Position numbers and translations under genes: made by a program | Notes under the pieces: generated by a model | The model's input: the letters and a program-made list of their open reading frames with translations, nothing else | The model's database searches: none | What the model was told of the DNA's origin: nothing | Sequence record: OQ427096.1 | Length of the DNA stretch: 64,000 nt | Direction: 5' to 3' (one strand) | Shown here: piece by piece, positions 9,279-18,677 of the stretch | How the letters are laid out: each line of letters opens with the position of its first letter | Numbering within the stretch: position 1 is the first letter of the stretch

Positions 9279-9702
9279 GATTGGTATTGAAGTAGAAGGT
9301 ATGCTGCGAGGCGAGAACGTTCGCACTTATTTCTGTTCGGCTAGGGAATATGTTGATGCAGATCTTCTCAATCTCATCTACAATCTGTATGCGAACAACA
9401 TTGAGATGATCTACATTTCGGATCATCACAACGAGCTTGACCTGCATCACCTTGCAGGTGTGTTCGAAGACAGCGGTATCGGTGTTACTGTCGAATTGAC
9501 CGAGTTGACTTCTGTCCCGCCTGCAGGTGTTGAGATCTTCTGGAATGTTTCGCAGGCTTCTTATGCTCAGTCTCGTACTCTGCATTTCCTGCGTCCAACG
9601 GATCAGATCAAGATCGAGAATGAGAAACACGTTCTTGCATTCGTTGCAGGCAATGCGGTAATCACTTATCCTGAGGACTTTAATGGAGACATTGAAGTAT
9701 GA
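9271..9702 (+). CDS. Hypothetical protein in the DNA-modification cluster
   Basis: Overlap-coupled between the deacetylase and the glycosyltransferase. Confidence 0.7.
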   Translation: MAKIGIEVEGMLRGENVRTYFCSAREYVDADLLNLIYNLYANNIEMIYISDHHNELDLHHLAGVFEDSGIGVTVELTELTSVPPAGVEIFWNVSQASYAQSRTLHFLRPTDQIKIENEKHVLAFVAGNAVITYPEDFNGDIEV

Positions 9703-10859
9703 GTGAAGATTTCATGAGTGGTATGATCGACCAGATTCCGGAACAGGCAAAGCGAAATCTGTTCATCATTCCGATTGAGCCTCTGGAAGAACGATACACT
9801 GGCGAGTGGTACAAGTTCCTGCCGCCAGCATTTGCTAAGCACAATTTCAAGGTTACCCAGATTGATGGCGAGACTCTGACCGATTCGGTTGAGACTGGCG
9901 CATTCCTGGATATGAACTCGACTATCTTCTACAAGGCATCTCAGATGCAGAAGATTGCTCGTATGTTCCGTGAGAAGTCTGTGCCTCATGGTTCGGTCTT
10001 CTTTGTCAGTGACTTGGAATTCTGGGGCATTGAATCTCTGCGTCTGATGGCTCAGATCAATCAGGTCGAGATCAAGATCTATGGCTTCCTGCATGCGGCT
10101 TCGTACACCACTGAAGATGCTTTCGCAGTTGCGGCACCCTATCAGAAGTATACTGAGCTGGGCTGGCTGAAAGCTGTTGATGGCGTCTTTGTCGGTTCGC
10201 ACTATCACAAGAAGGCAGTGATGGAACGTCGTGTGAACGCGTTCGCGAATGAAGCTGACCGTCGTGAGATTGAGAAGAAGATCCACGTGAGTGGCAATCC
10301 ACTCTTCCCGAGCGCATATGACACGACTTCGGTTGGCCCGAAGAAGAACAAGATCGTGATCACCAATCGTTTCGATTCCGAGAAGCGCCCAGATCAGAGT
10401 TTGCTGGTTGCACTCCTTGTCAAGGAAGCACTGCCTGATACTGAGATTGTTCTGACGACCAGCCGCCCGACTTTCCGTTCAAATCAGAAGTGGTTGGTTG
10501 ACCTCGCTCGCATGTACGAGAAACAAGGTCTGATCACCATCAAGGAAGGACTGACCAAGAAAGAGTATCACGACGAGCTCAAGACTGCGAAGGTCATGAT
10601 CTCAAACTCTATCGAGGAAAACTTCGGTTACTGCATTGTAGAGGCTATCATGTATGACGTGGCGCCTGTACTGACTCGAGGTCTTTCGCACGTTGAAATT
10701 GTTCAGGGCTTTGACCAGTTCCTGTTCGACACCAACGACGAAGCAGTAAGTAAGGTTATCACATTCCTGCAACGCGATCAGCTTCTCAACGCGAAGCACT
10801 TCTTGGATTCTTACTTTATGGCTGCTGACTTCATGGGTCAGATCATGGCCCAAGGATGA
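9699..10859 (+). CDS. GT-B (GT4-like) glycosyltransferase
   Basis: IVITNRFDSEKRPD and EENFGYCIVEA donor-binding motifs. Confidence 0.88.
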   Translation: MSEDFMSGMIDQIPEQAKRNLFIIPIEPLEERYTGEWYKFLPPAFAKHNFKVTQIDGETLTDSVETGAFLDMNSTIFYKASQMQKIARMFREKSVPHGSVFFVSDLEFWGIESLRLMAQINQVEIKIYGFLHAASYTTEDAFAVAAPYQKYTELGWLKAVDGVFVGSHYHKKAVMERRVNAFANEADRREIEKKIHVSGNPLFPSAYDTTSVGPKKNKIVITNRFDSEKRPDQSLLVALLVKEALPDTEIVLTTSRPTFRSNQKWLVDLARMYEKQGLITIKEGLTKKEYHDELKTAKVMISNSIEENFGYCIVEAIMYDVAPVLTRGLSHVEIVQGFDQFLFDTNDEAVSKVITFLQRDQLLNAKHFLDSYFMAADFMGQIMAQG

Positions 10860-10860
10860 T

Positions 10861-12174
10861 ATGACAGATAACTACAACGGAAACGAACTCCACTACATCG
10901 CAAGCGGAACGTCTTTCATGTACATCAACTCACTCCGTCGAGATGGCGGAGTGAATGATGAAACGATTGATTGGGTACGCAACATGTTCGTAGGAGCAGA
11001 TCGTGGACCTAACAAATTCGGCATGCTGTTCAACGCGTTCACTGAATCGACCTTCGGTAAGGTGTTCAAGGAGAACTATGCTGACGTAATGTGCGACATT
11101 CACGCAGACTCAGGTGGTCTACAGATGGTGTCGCTTGGCAAGGTTGCTGATGATGCAGCTAAGCGCAAGATCTACAAGACTCAGGCTGATTACAGCACTG
11201 TGGCAATGTCGTTCGACGAAATCCCTGTCTCGCAGATCTTTGATCCGTATGCTGGACGTGGTGCAATGTCGGCGACGCGTAAGAAGGTCTTCGATCGCTC
11301 TCAGCTGAAAGCTAAGGCAATTGAATCAGGAAAGAATCTACGTGAACAGCTTGAATACTTTGCGGAAGTCGGGACGATCGCTAAGCCTATGCTTATTGCT
11401 CAAGGCAATTGTCCAGAGACCTATTATGACTGGGTTGAGTACGTCCAGGATCAGATCCCTCATGAGCTCATGGACAATATCGCAGGCGTTGCAGTCGCAA
11501 CCTCGACGCTTGGTCCTGGAGATCTAGAGAACTACGAATCGGCGTTTGTTGCTTCGCAGATGAATTTCCGTTTTGACTGCAAGCAAATCCACTTCCTGGG
11601 TGTTGGTTCGTTTGATCGTCTTGCTCCTGTTCTGGCACTAGCTAAGTCAGGCGTCTACAAGAACAAGATCATCAGCTACGACAGCACTACTCACACAGGT
11701 GGGCTTGCTCGTTCACGATTCTACACACGACGTCCTGACGGCACCTATGTTGGAACTCGTCTGTTGCAATCGGATGGATATCGCCCCCGTGATTATCAGT
11801 TCATGATGGATCACATTGGCAAGTTCAACATCGGCTTCGATGATCCGGAATCGCTCTACAAGTATTTCATCACTTGCCCGAGCTATTCTGCCGTTGAGGC
11901 AATTGGTGAGTCGCACAATCGACCATTCATTCCAAAGACAAAGATTGCTCTGTTCCGATATTCGTACGATAACTTCATCACACAGATTGAAGAGTACATG
12001 GATTCGGACGGATACATGAAGGGCATTCGTAAGGCGCACCAGCATCCTATCGCAGGTCTTGCTGAATGTCGCACTCGTTCCGACTTCAATGTCTGGCACT
12101 CGACGTTCAAGAACGTGTTGAAGTCGGACAGAGTTCGATCGAAGCAACAGAGCCTCGAAGAGCTTTTCGGTTAA
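10861..12174 (+). CDS. dpdA: TGT-fold DNA 7-deazaguanine transglycosylase (DpdA-like)
   Basis: HADSGGLQ, MSFDEIP, AQG, IHFLGVG, SYDST TGT motifs; located inside a folE/queD/queE cluster. Confidence 0.82.
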   Translation: MTDNYNGNELHYIASGTSFMYINSLRRDGGVNDETIDWVRNMFVGADRGPNKFGMLFNAFTESTFGKVFKENYADVMCDIHADSGGLQMVSLGKVADDAAKRKIYKTQADYSTVAMSFDEIPVSQIFDPYAGRGAMSATRKKVFDRSQLKAKAIESGKNLREQLEYFAEVGTIAKPMLIAQGNCPETYYDWVEYVQDQIPHELMDNIAGVAVATSTLGPGDLENYESAFVASQMNFRFDCKQIHFLGVGSFDRLAPVLALAKSGVYKNKIISYDSTTHTGGLARSRFYTRRPDGTYVGTRLLQSDGYRPRDYQFMMDHIGKFNIGFDDPESLYKYFITCPSYSAVEAIGESHNRPFIPKTKIALFRYSYDNFITQIEEYMDSDGYMKGIRKAHQHPIAGLAECRTRSDFNVWHSTFKNVLKSDRVRSKQQSLEELFG

Positions 12175-12178
12175 AGAC

Positions 12179-12217
12179 ATAGCATCCGTTGATTCACCGT
12201 CACGGATGCTATATCAT
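12179..12217 (+). promoter_or_regulatory. Sigma70-type promoter (TTGATT-N17-TATCAT) overlapped by an 11-bp inverted repeat
   Basis: ATAGCATCCGT (12179-89) / ACGGATGCTAT (12202-12); -35 at 12189-94, -10 at 12212-17; AGGAG RBS downstream. Confidence 0.55.
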
Positions 12218-12244
12218 AGTTGGACCATTTAGGAGAACCATTAG

Positions 12245-12616
12245 ATGAAAAAGATTTGGGTAACATTCCGGAAGGCAGGCTTTCACCGCTACCCAGCAGC
12301 CGGCACCCAAGGACTCGAAGACGTCGCGTACCTTGCACACCCTCACCGCCACCTGTTCCACTTCAAGGTAGCCATTGAGGTCTTCCATGACGATCGTGAG
12401 ATCGAGTTCCACCAGTTCCTCAACTTCTTGGAAGAGGCTGTTGCACTCAACGGTCTTGATTACAAGTCGTGTGAGATGATTGCAGATGATATTGCAAAGA
12501 TTGTTGCTTTGAAGTATCCTGCACTCTACCGAACCCTTGAGGTTGAAGTTTCGGAAGATGGCGAGTGCGGTGTTCATGCAATCTATGGCATCAGCAATGG
12601 CGAGGTATTCGGCTAA
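12245..12616 (+). CDS. queD: QueD-like 6-carboxytetrahydropterin synthase (T-fold)
   Basis: HPHRHLFHF, SCEMIA and VSEDGE T-fold motifs. Confidence 0.78.
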   Translation: MKKIWVTFRKAGFHRYPAAGTQGLEDVAYLAHPHRHLFHFKVAIEVFHDDREIEFHQFLNFLEEAVALNGLDYKSCEMIADDIAKIVALKYPALYRTLEVEVSEDGECGVHAIYGISNGEVFG

Positions 12617-13509
12617 TGGCACTGTTCGAAGTATCGGAAATCTTCAGCTCGTTGGAGGGTGAGGCACAATTCACCTTCCATCCGACCACCTACATTCGTT
12701 TTGCACGATGCAACTTCTCTTGTCCGTTGTTCAACAACCCTGAGAAGCTGATTGATGCAAAGGGCTACGCGCCTCTCGATTTCGATCCGAAGGACTATCA
12801 ACGTCTGGAAGATATTCCGCTGATTCACAAAGGCTGCGATAGTCAGTATGCAGTCAATCCGATCTTCGCGCACATGTGGAAGAAGTACGACACGGACGCA
12901 TTGATTGATGCTCTGTTCGAGGTTCTTCCTCAGGGTAAGCTCATCTACAGCACTGGTCTACCTCAGATCATCTCTTTGACTGGAGGTGAGCCTACTTTGA
13001 AGTGGAAGTTCATTCCGGAGATTCTGTTCCATCCTCGAATGAAAGATGCACGTCACTATCTTGTTGAGACGAACTGCTCTGTTCCGTTCAAGGACGAATT
13101 CATCAGCAACATCTACGAGTGGCTTGCACAAGACTCGCGCCGCATTTGGACATGGAGCAATTCTCCGAAGATCTCGTCCAGTGGTGAGGATCGTAAGCAA
13201 GCGATTCGCCCTGAGATTGCTCTTATGCAGCACGTTTTGACGCACAACTTCCCGGGGCGTGTCAATCAGTATTTCAAGTTCGTCGTTGATGGATCTGAGG
13301 CTGATTACGCTGAGGTGAAGGAAGTGATGGAAATCTACTACGCTGCTGGTCTGCCTCGAACTGTTCCGATCTGGATCATGCCTCAGGCTTGCACTGACGA
13401 ACAGCAGAAGGTCACCGCACGCGGAATTGCAAAGCGATGCATTGATGAAGGTTGGTTGTACTCGCACCGTGTGCAGAACGATCTCTGGGGCAATGGCGTT
13501 GGCACCTAA
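12616..13509 (+). CDS. queE: 7-carboxy-7-deazaguanine synthase (radical SAM)
   Basis: EIFSSLEGEA, RFARCNFSC...CD, SLTGGEP, VETN, SPK, KFVV, YSHRVQ; start at ATG 12616. Confidence 0.92.
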   Translation: MALFEVSEIFSSLEGEAQFTFHPTTYIRFARCNFSCPLFNNPEKLIDAKGYAPLDFDPKDYQRLEDIPLIHKGCDSQYAVNPIFAHMWKKYDTDALIDALFEVLPQGKLIYSTGLPQIISLTGGEPTLKWKFIPEILFHPRMKDARHYLVETNCSVPFKDEFISNIYEWLAQDSRRIWTWSNSPKISSSGEDRKQAIRPEIALMQHVLTHNFPGRVNQYFKFVVDGSEADYAEVKEVMEIYYAAGLPRTVPIWIMPQACTDEQQKVTARGIAKRCIDEGWLYSHRVQNDLWGNGVGT

Positions 13510-13510
13510 G

Positions 13511-14181
13511 ATGCTAACGTATCACGAATGGATGGTTGCCCACAAATACTGGGGCAACTATCACGCCGAGTATGGCAAATACTGTGCTAAGTGGAGAAGA
13601 GATAATGAAGATCAGAATCGAATGGACAAGCGATAGCAGTGATTGCGAAACCTGTGGTTGTAACTTTGCCGACGGTGCGAACGTCTACATTGATGAAGTC
13701 CTTGCACTAGAGTTCATTCCTATTGCTCACTGCTACGATGGAGACGATTTCACTCGTGATTACGTGTATGCGCAAATTCTTAAGCATCTTGGGCATGAGG
13801 TCATCGAGGGATGAACGAGATTCCGATCTCAGCTGCGCAACACGTAGCGAAGAAGTATGGTTTCGACCAGATCATAATTATTGGACGTAAGGTCGGCTCC
13901 CACGAGCACGTCACGACTTACGGCGTTGACAAAGAGAACTGCGACGCAGCAGCTCTTGCAGGTGATCATTTGAAATACAACGTGATGGGTTGGCCAAGAC
14001 CATGAACGATGAGAATCGTTGGACTGTGTCTGGCAACTGGTATCATTGGAAGTGGCGGCGCCTAGCGTTCGCCCCGACCTGTTGGGACAAAGGCATCGGA
14101 GATTCCGATGGCGAGTGGTTCTACATTGGTATGGGCTTCTACTTCCTCATCGTCGACCTAAGACAAGGAGGATTACTATGA
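13511..14181 (+). CDS. Run of four small hypothetical proteins (13511-13636, 13605-13814, 13811-14005, 14002-14181)
   Basis: Tightly overlapping ATGA-coupled ORFs. Confidence 0.6.
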
Positions 14182-14585
14182 AACTATTTCGTAAGAGCTA
14201 TGATGGCGGCGGAGATTCCGGCGTCACAGGCTATTGGTTGATTGAGTGCAAGTCTTTGTTCTCAATCGTATTGCTTCACTTTGAAGGCAAGAGTCGCGAG
14301 GCATTCCATTCTCACGCATTCAATGCTCTGACTTGGTGGCTCAAGGGAGCCGTAACCGAGGAGATGAAGGATGGTCGAATCAGAACTTGGTGGCCTTCTT
14401 GGAAACCAAAGTGGACGCCGAAGAACTGCTTCCACAAGATTCATGCTGATCCTAAAGGCGCCTGGGCACTAAGCATTCGTGGTCCATGGGATGCAACCTG
14501 GTTTGAATCTAAGAACGGTGAAACCTATGAATTAGGTCATGGTCGTGTCAGAATTAATGGTCTAGTTGAGCAGGATTCCGAATGA
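14178..14585 (+). CDS. Cupin-fold protein
   Basis: AFHSHAF...VTEE...FHKI cupin metal motif; GGAGG RBS. Confidence 0.65.
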   Translation: MKLFRKSYDGGGDSGVTGYWLIECKSLFSIVLLHFEGKSREAFHSHAFNALTWWLKGAVTEEMKDGRIRTWWPSWKPKWTPKNCFHKIHADPKGAWALSIRGPWDATWFESKNGETYELGHGRVRINGLVEQDSE

Positions 14586-15985
14586 GTGAAGTAACAAATG
14601 AGCGCCTTGTTCTCTCGGCGCTGGTAAAGAATGAAGAGTATATGCGCAAGATTCTTCCCTTCGTAAAGGAAGAATACTTTGAGGACGAGTCGGAGAAGCG
14701 CGTCTTCAAGATGATCAATGCCTACGCGGGCAAGTACAATGAGATGCCCGACAAATCGACTCTGATGGTTGAGGCAAAGAATGATCGCAGTCTTGATGAA
14801 GGTCGTAGTGCTCGAGTAATTGAAACAGTCGCAGACGTTTTCAGCATCATCCCTAGCCAGAACTTCGATTGGTTGAAGCAGATCACGGAAACCTGGTGTC
14901 AGGAACGAGCAGTCTACAATGCTCTGCAGGAAGGCATCGCAGTCTATCAGGGTGAGAACACAAAGCTCTCGATTGCAGCGATTCCAGACATCCTTGCAAA
15001 GGCGATCAGTGTCACGTTCAACACACAGGTTGGTCAAGACTACTTCGATGACGCTCAGCTGCGATGGGACTTCTACACCAATCCTGAGTCGAAGGTTCCG
15101 TTCCGAATTGATACGTTCAATGAGATCACTTCGGGTGGTCTGACTCGCAAGACGCTGAACCTGTTCGTTGCAGGTACCAACGTTGGTAAGTCTCTGGCAC
15201 TGGTCAGCCTGGCTGCGGATTACATTCGCGATGGCCTGAACGTGCTCTATGTGTCTTGCGAAATGCGAGAGGAAGTTGTGTTCCAGCGAGTGGACGCGAA
15301 CATCCTCGGCATGGATATGAACAAGATCACTGACATTGGTCAGGAGAAGTTCCTCAATCGCATCGAGTCTCTGAAATCGAAGTCGTACGGCAAGCTGAAG
15401 GTCAAGGAGTTCCCACCGACCTCAGCATCAACGTTGAACATTCGACAGACGCTCGACGAACTGAAGATGAAGCAAAACTTCATCCCAGACGTAATCATTG
15501 TTGACTACCTGCAGATTCTCGCATCGTATCGTTTGGCTTATTCGGTTGGCTCCTACTACTTCTTCAAGTCGGTGGCAGAAGAGCTTCGTGCTCTGGCTGT
15601 TGAGACCAACACCGTTGTGTGGTCGGCTGCGCAGTTTAACCGTGGACAGATGAACGCGACGGACGTTGACATGAGCGGTATCGCAGAGTCGGCTGGTATC
15701 GCTCACACGGCTGACGGTATGTGGGCAATGATCAGAACGGATGAACTGGATCAGGTGAATCAGCTTTTGATCAAGCAGCTGAAATCTCGATATGCGAACA
15801 AGTCGATCAAGACCACGTTCACAATCGGTGTCAAGATCGAGCATCAGACACTCTATGGTCTGGACGATGACAGGTCAGGTGAGTTCACTCAAATGGACTC
15901 GAAGATTGTCACAGACCAGAACTCGCTGAAGGACAAGTTCCAAAGCGCCAATGGCGGAAGCAAATTCCAAGGATTTGAAGTGTGA
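14582..15985 (+). CDS. gp41: Replicative DNA helicase (T4 gp41-like)
   Basis: AGTNVGKS, YVSCEM, IIVDYLQI, AAQFNR, IAESAG, KSRY. Confidence 0.97.
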   Translation: MSEVTNERLVLSALVKNEEYMRKILPFVKEEYFEDESEKRVFKMINAYAGKYNEMPDKSTLMVEAKNDRSLDEGRSARVIETVADVFSIIPSQNFDWLKQITETWCQERAVYNALQEGIAVYQGENTKLSIAAIPDILAKAISVTFNTQVGQDYFDDAQLRWDFYTNPESKVPFRIDTFNEITSGGLTRKTLNLFVAGTNVGKSLALVSLAADYIRDGLNVLYVSCEMREEVVFQRVDANILGMDMNKITDIGQEKFLNRIESLKSKSYGKLKVKEFPPTSASTLNIRQTLDELKMKQNFIPDVIIVDYLQILASYRLAYSVGSYYFFKSVAEELRALAVETNTVVWSAAQFNRGQMNATDVDMSGIAESAGIAHTADGMWAMIRTDELDQVNQLLIKQLKSRYANKSIKTTFTIGVKIEHQTLYGLDDDRSGEFTQMDSKIVTDQNSLKDKFQSANGGSKFQGFEV

Positions 15986-16233
15986 TGAAAGACATTTGGC
16001 CAGAACTAGTCAAGGAATACGAGCCTCTCATTGGGGCTCTGTATCGCTGTAATGAACACACCTACACCTTCTTCGGATTGGTGCACGGTGGTGACGACTA
16101 TTACTATGGCATGTGGCAACATGGAACAGGCAAGTGTGAGCTCTTGTCCTGTGTCGGTGCGCCCGAATCCTTCGGATACTTCCGAACACGAAACGCGACG
16201 AGACACAACCGAGTCGGCTACGCTGAAATCTGA
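15982..16233 (+). CDS. Hypothetical protein
   Basis: Coupled to the gp41 stop codon. Confidence 0.6.
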   Translation: MMKDIWPELVKEYEPLIGALYRCNEHTYTFFGLVHGGDDYYYGMWQHGTGKCELLSCVGAPESFGYFRTRNATRHNRVGYAEI

Positions 16234-16288
16234 GCCGACCGCAGTCCTATGTCCGCCAGACTGGCCCAGCTTTTAAAAGCGTATCCAG

Positions 16289-16359
16289 TAAGTTCCTGAT
16301 TCTGTTGATATTCTTGACGGGAAGCCCTGCTCAGAACCACCAATAGAATCAGACACTTA
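16289..16359. promoter_or_regulatory. Inverted pair of IHF-consensus sites
   Basis: TAAGTTCCTGATT (16289-301, minus) and AATCAGACACTTA (16347-59, plus) both fit WATCARNNNNTTR. Confidence 0.6.
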
Positions 16360-16404
16360 CAAGCCTAGTACTGCTAAGGGGTGTGCCAGGCTCGAGCCAG
16401 ATGA

Positions 16405-16445
16405 CCACTCAAGGTGACACCCCGGTTTCCCGGGGTGTCGAGTGG
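16405..16445 (-). terminator. Strong hairpin 3' of the AAA ATPase gene
   Basis: GACACCCCGG-GAAA-CCGGGGTGTC on the minus strand, extended by CCACTC/GAGTGG; poor U-tract. Confidence 0.55.
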
Positions 16446-16472
16446 CCTGCATTGTCAGATGTCAGTCCACTA

Positions 16473-17462
16473 TCAGAAGCCCTTGATCAGGGTCGTGTCC
16501 GCCATGTCCTTCCAGTCAGCGGCAGAGGTCTTCATGAAACCGGCGAGCTGGTTCACCGTACGGATCGAGACCGACCGCAGGCTCATCAAGTTGTCGTTCA
16601 TCCACTTGACGCACTGGTCAACCTGCTTCTGATCCAGACCGAGGTCTGCACCCAGGGTCGATTCCTTGAGGACCTGCTCGACACGAACCATGATGGCCTT
16701 CGGGTTATGGATGCACAGGTCCAGGAAGATCGACCGACTCATGAGAGCCAGAATGTGCGGAGCCAGTCGACCTTGCTTGGCGACGATGCGATCCAGGTCG
16801 AGGTTGGTGATGAAGACGATCTGGCCTTCGTACTGGAATCGGTTCGGGATATCGCTGTCTGCGAGGTACTTCGATGCCTTCGACCAGCTGATGGTCCGAA
16901 CCGCACTCGTATCCAGCGCCGCCTTCAGAATGTTCAATGCTTCTTCGTCGTAGAACACGCGATCCACGTCGTCGAGCAGCAGCACCTGGCCCTTACCTCG
17001 GTTCTTGTAGAGCGTCTCGTAGAGACCGACGGCGCTGATCGTGCCCTTGGTCGAGTCGTAGGACTTGATCTTCTTGGTGCGCTCTGCTTCTTCCAACTGG
17101 CGCTCCAAAGTGAAGGTCTTACCGACACCTGCCGAACCCGACACGATCAACGAACGAATGTTGCCGTTGACCATGCCCTGCCCGAGCTTCTCGAGCATGT
17201 TGAAGCGCTTGCGGATCATCGCAGCATCGACAGGCTTCTCAGGAACCTCGACGGCGCTGTCATCGTCATCGTCGTCATCCGAAGCAGTTGCCTGAGCCAA
17301 GCCGGCTGCCGTAATTGCCCAAAGGCCACGACCGATCTTTTCCAGCTCGCCCTCTTTAGCGCGCTTCAAATACTCTCGGTTGAACTGACCAAGTTGGCCC
17401 GTCGTGACGGTGTCGCCAAACTTCATTCTCAGTTCTTTCTTCATCGTAGCGGTGGTGCTCAT
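16473..17462 (-). CDS. AAA+ ATPase with N-terminal domain and acidic linker
   Basis: GSAGVGKT, LLLDDVD, FITN, SRS; true start ATG 17462 with AAGGA RBS. Confidence 0.88.
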   Translation of the reverse strand: MSTTATMKKELRMKFGDTVTTGQLGQFNREYLKRAKEGELEKIGRGLWAITAAGLAQATASDDDDDDDSAVEVPEKPVDAAMIRKRFNMLEKLGQGMVNGNIRSLIVSGSAGVGKTFTLERQLEEAERTKKIKSYDSTKGTISAVGLYETLYKNRGKGQVLLLDDVDRVFYDEEALNILKAALDTSAVRTISWSKASKYLADSDIPNRFQYEGQIVFITNLDLDRIVAKQGRLAPHILALMSRSIFLDLCIHNPKAIMVRVEQVLKESTLGADLGLDQKQVDQCVKWMNDNLMSLRSVSIRTVNQLAGFMKTSAADWKDMADTTLIKGF

Positions 17463-17507
17463 GATCCAGTTCCTTAAAGTGGTTTTGCCTGACATCTGAC
17501 AACCACA

Positions 17508-17554
17508 ATTATACGGATTTCTTCCCCAGGAACAACCTACGTAAGTGTCTGATT
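17508..17554 (-). promoter_or_regulatory. Promoter TTGTTC-N16-TATAAT with an IHF-like site 6 bp upstream
   Basis: Minus strand: AATCAGACACTTA (17542-54), -35 at 17530-35, -10 at 17508-13. Confidence 0.7.
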
Positions 17555-17609
17555 CTGTTGGAAAAGCCAAAGCTACCAAGGATTCTTCGGTACACAATCG
17601 AAGGATTCT

Positions 17610-18677
17610 GTGCCGTTCTGGCTCGATCCACTAGAATTGGACGACATAAAAGTGAGGCAATTCGTCATGGGTGGCAATGCAGTTTTCAATGATCTTTCGG
17701 CTCATCCGGTCTCTATCGTCTGTCAAGACAGCAGGGATTTCTGGAGAGCAAAAATTGAGCATCTCATGCTCACAATCAACCACGTCGCACGTCGAACCCT
17801 CTGGGATATGAGTGCAGGCGCTAAGCCTTATCTTGCAGGCTCAACCAAGTTCATCTTCGATGACTTCATCCCTACAGCTGAGCTTGTCAAGTACAAGAAT
17901 TCCTTCGGTGACATTGACATTCAAATTGATGTTGAGAAGGGAGCCGACTTGATGTCTGTCCTCAATCTTATTAGCGCAAATGAATGTGCAAATGAGTTCC
18001 AGATTGTTGGTTGGCAGCACACGGTAGACACAATCGTGACCATGTGGTACGATGAAGATGTGCAGCAGACGTTCCAAGTTGATTTTGAGCTCGTCGAATT
18101 TGCAAACGACCGCCCTACGAACTGGTCGAGGTTCAGTCGATCGAGCTCTTGGGAAGACACCTGCGCCGGAATCAAGGGTTTCGCTCACAAGTATATCTTC
18201 CGGGCGATCACTGCTATCTGGCTCAGAGAAGCACAGGTTCAACTCAAGACAAAGTTCGTCACAAAAAATATCAGCCCTATCGTGTTCAGTCCGAAGGGTG
18301 CTCGAGTGAAGTGGCGAGAGATTCGTCCGGACGTCTGGCAAGAGATTCCTATGGACGAGGAAGCTCTAATCAAGAACGTCGAAGACCTGTTCAAGCTATT
18401 CTTCAAGGTCAAGCCAGATGCCGAGTCAACCTGTGAGATGTATTCTTATCAGGGTGTCGTCAATCTGATCCTCACCTGGATTGACAAGGAAGATCATCTT
18501 AAGATCGCCGCAGGTATGCGCAATCTTCTTTGGGGTCCGTATGCTCAGAAGCTGTACCGAGACAATCCTGCACGAGACTTCTATGAAAAGGGTCAGGCTT
18601 ATTTGTATCTGACAGAGACTCTGGGAATCCCGGTCGAGCCCTTCTTCGGATCGGAGAAATACTATGAGACGTATTGA
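17610..18677 (+). CDS. DNA pol-beta-superfamily nucleotidyltransferase
   Basis: AGS...FGDIDIQI and FQVDF (GS, DxD, third Asp). Confidence 0.72.
   Translation: MPFWLDPLELDDIKVRQFVMGGNAVFNDLSAHPVSIVCQDSRDFWRAKIEHLMLTINHVARRTLWDMSAGAKPYLAGSTKFIFDDFIPTAELVKYKNSFGDIDIQIDVEKGADLMSVLNLISANECANEFQIVGWQHTVDTIVTMWYDEDVQQTFQVDFELVEFANDRPTNWSRFSRSSSWEDTCAGIKGFAHKYIFRAITAIWLREAQVQLKTKFVTKNISPIVFSPKGARVKWREIRPDVWQEIPMDEEALIKNVEDLFKLFFKVKPDAESTCEMYSYQGVVNLILTWIDKEDHLKIAAGMRNLLWGPYAQKLYRDNPARDFYEKGQAYLYLTETLGIPVEPFFGSEKYYETY

Noticed and set aside
17261-17281. Short trinucleotide-like repeats (poly-Asp codons here; GAT/GAA runs near 5040-5080; GGC runs near 58945-58980)
   Set aside because: They simply encode acidic or Gly-rich linkers; there is no evidence of a contingency locus.
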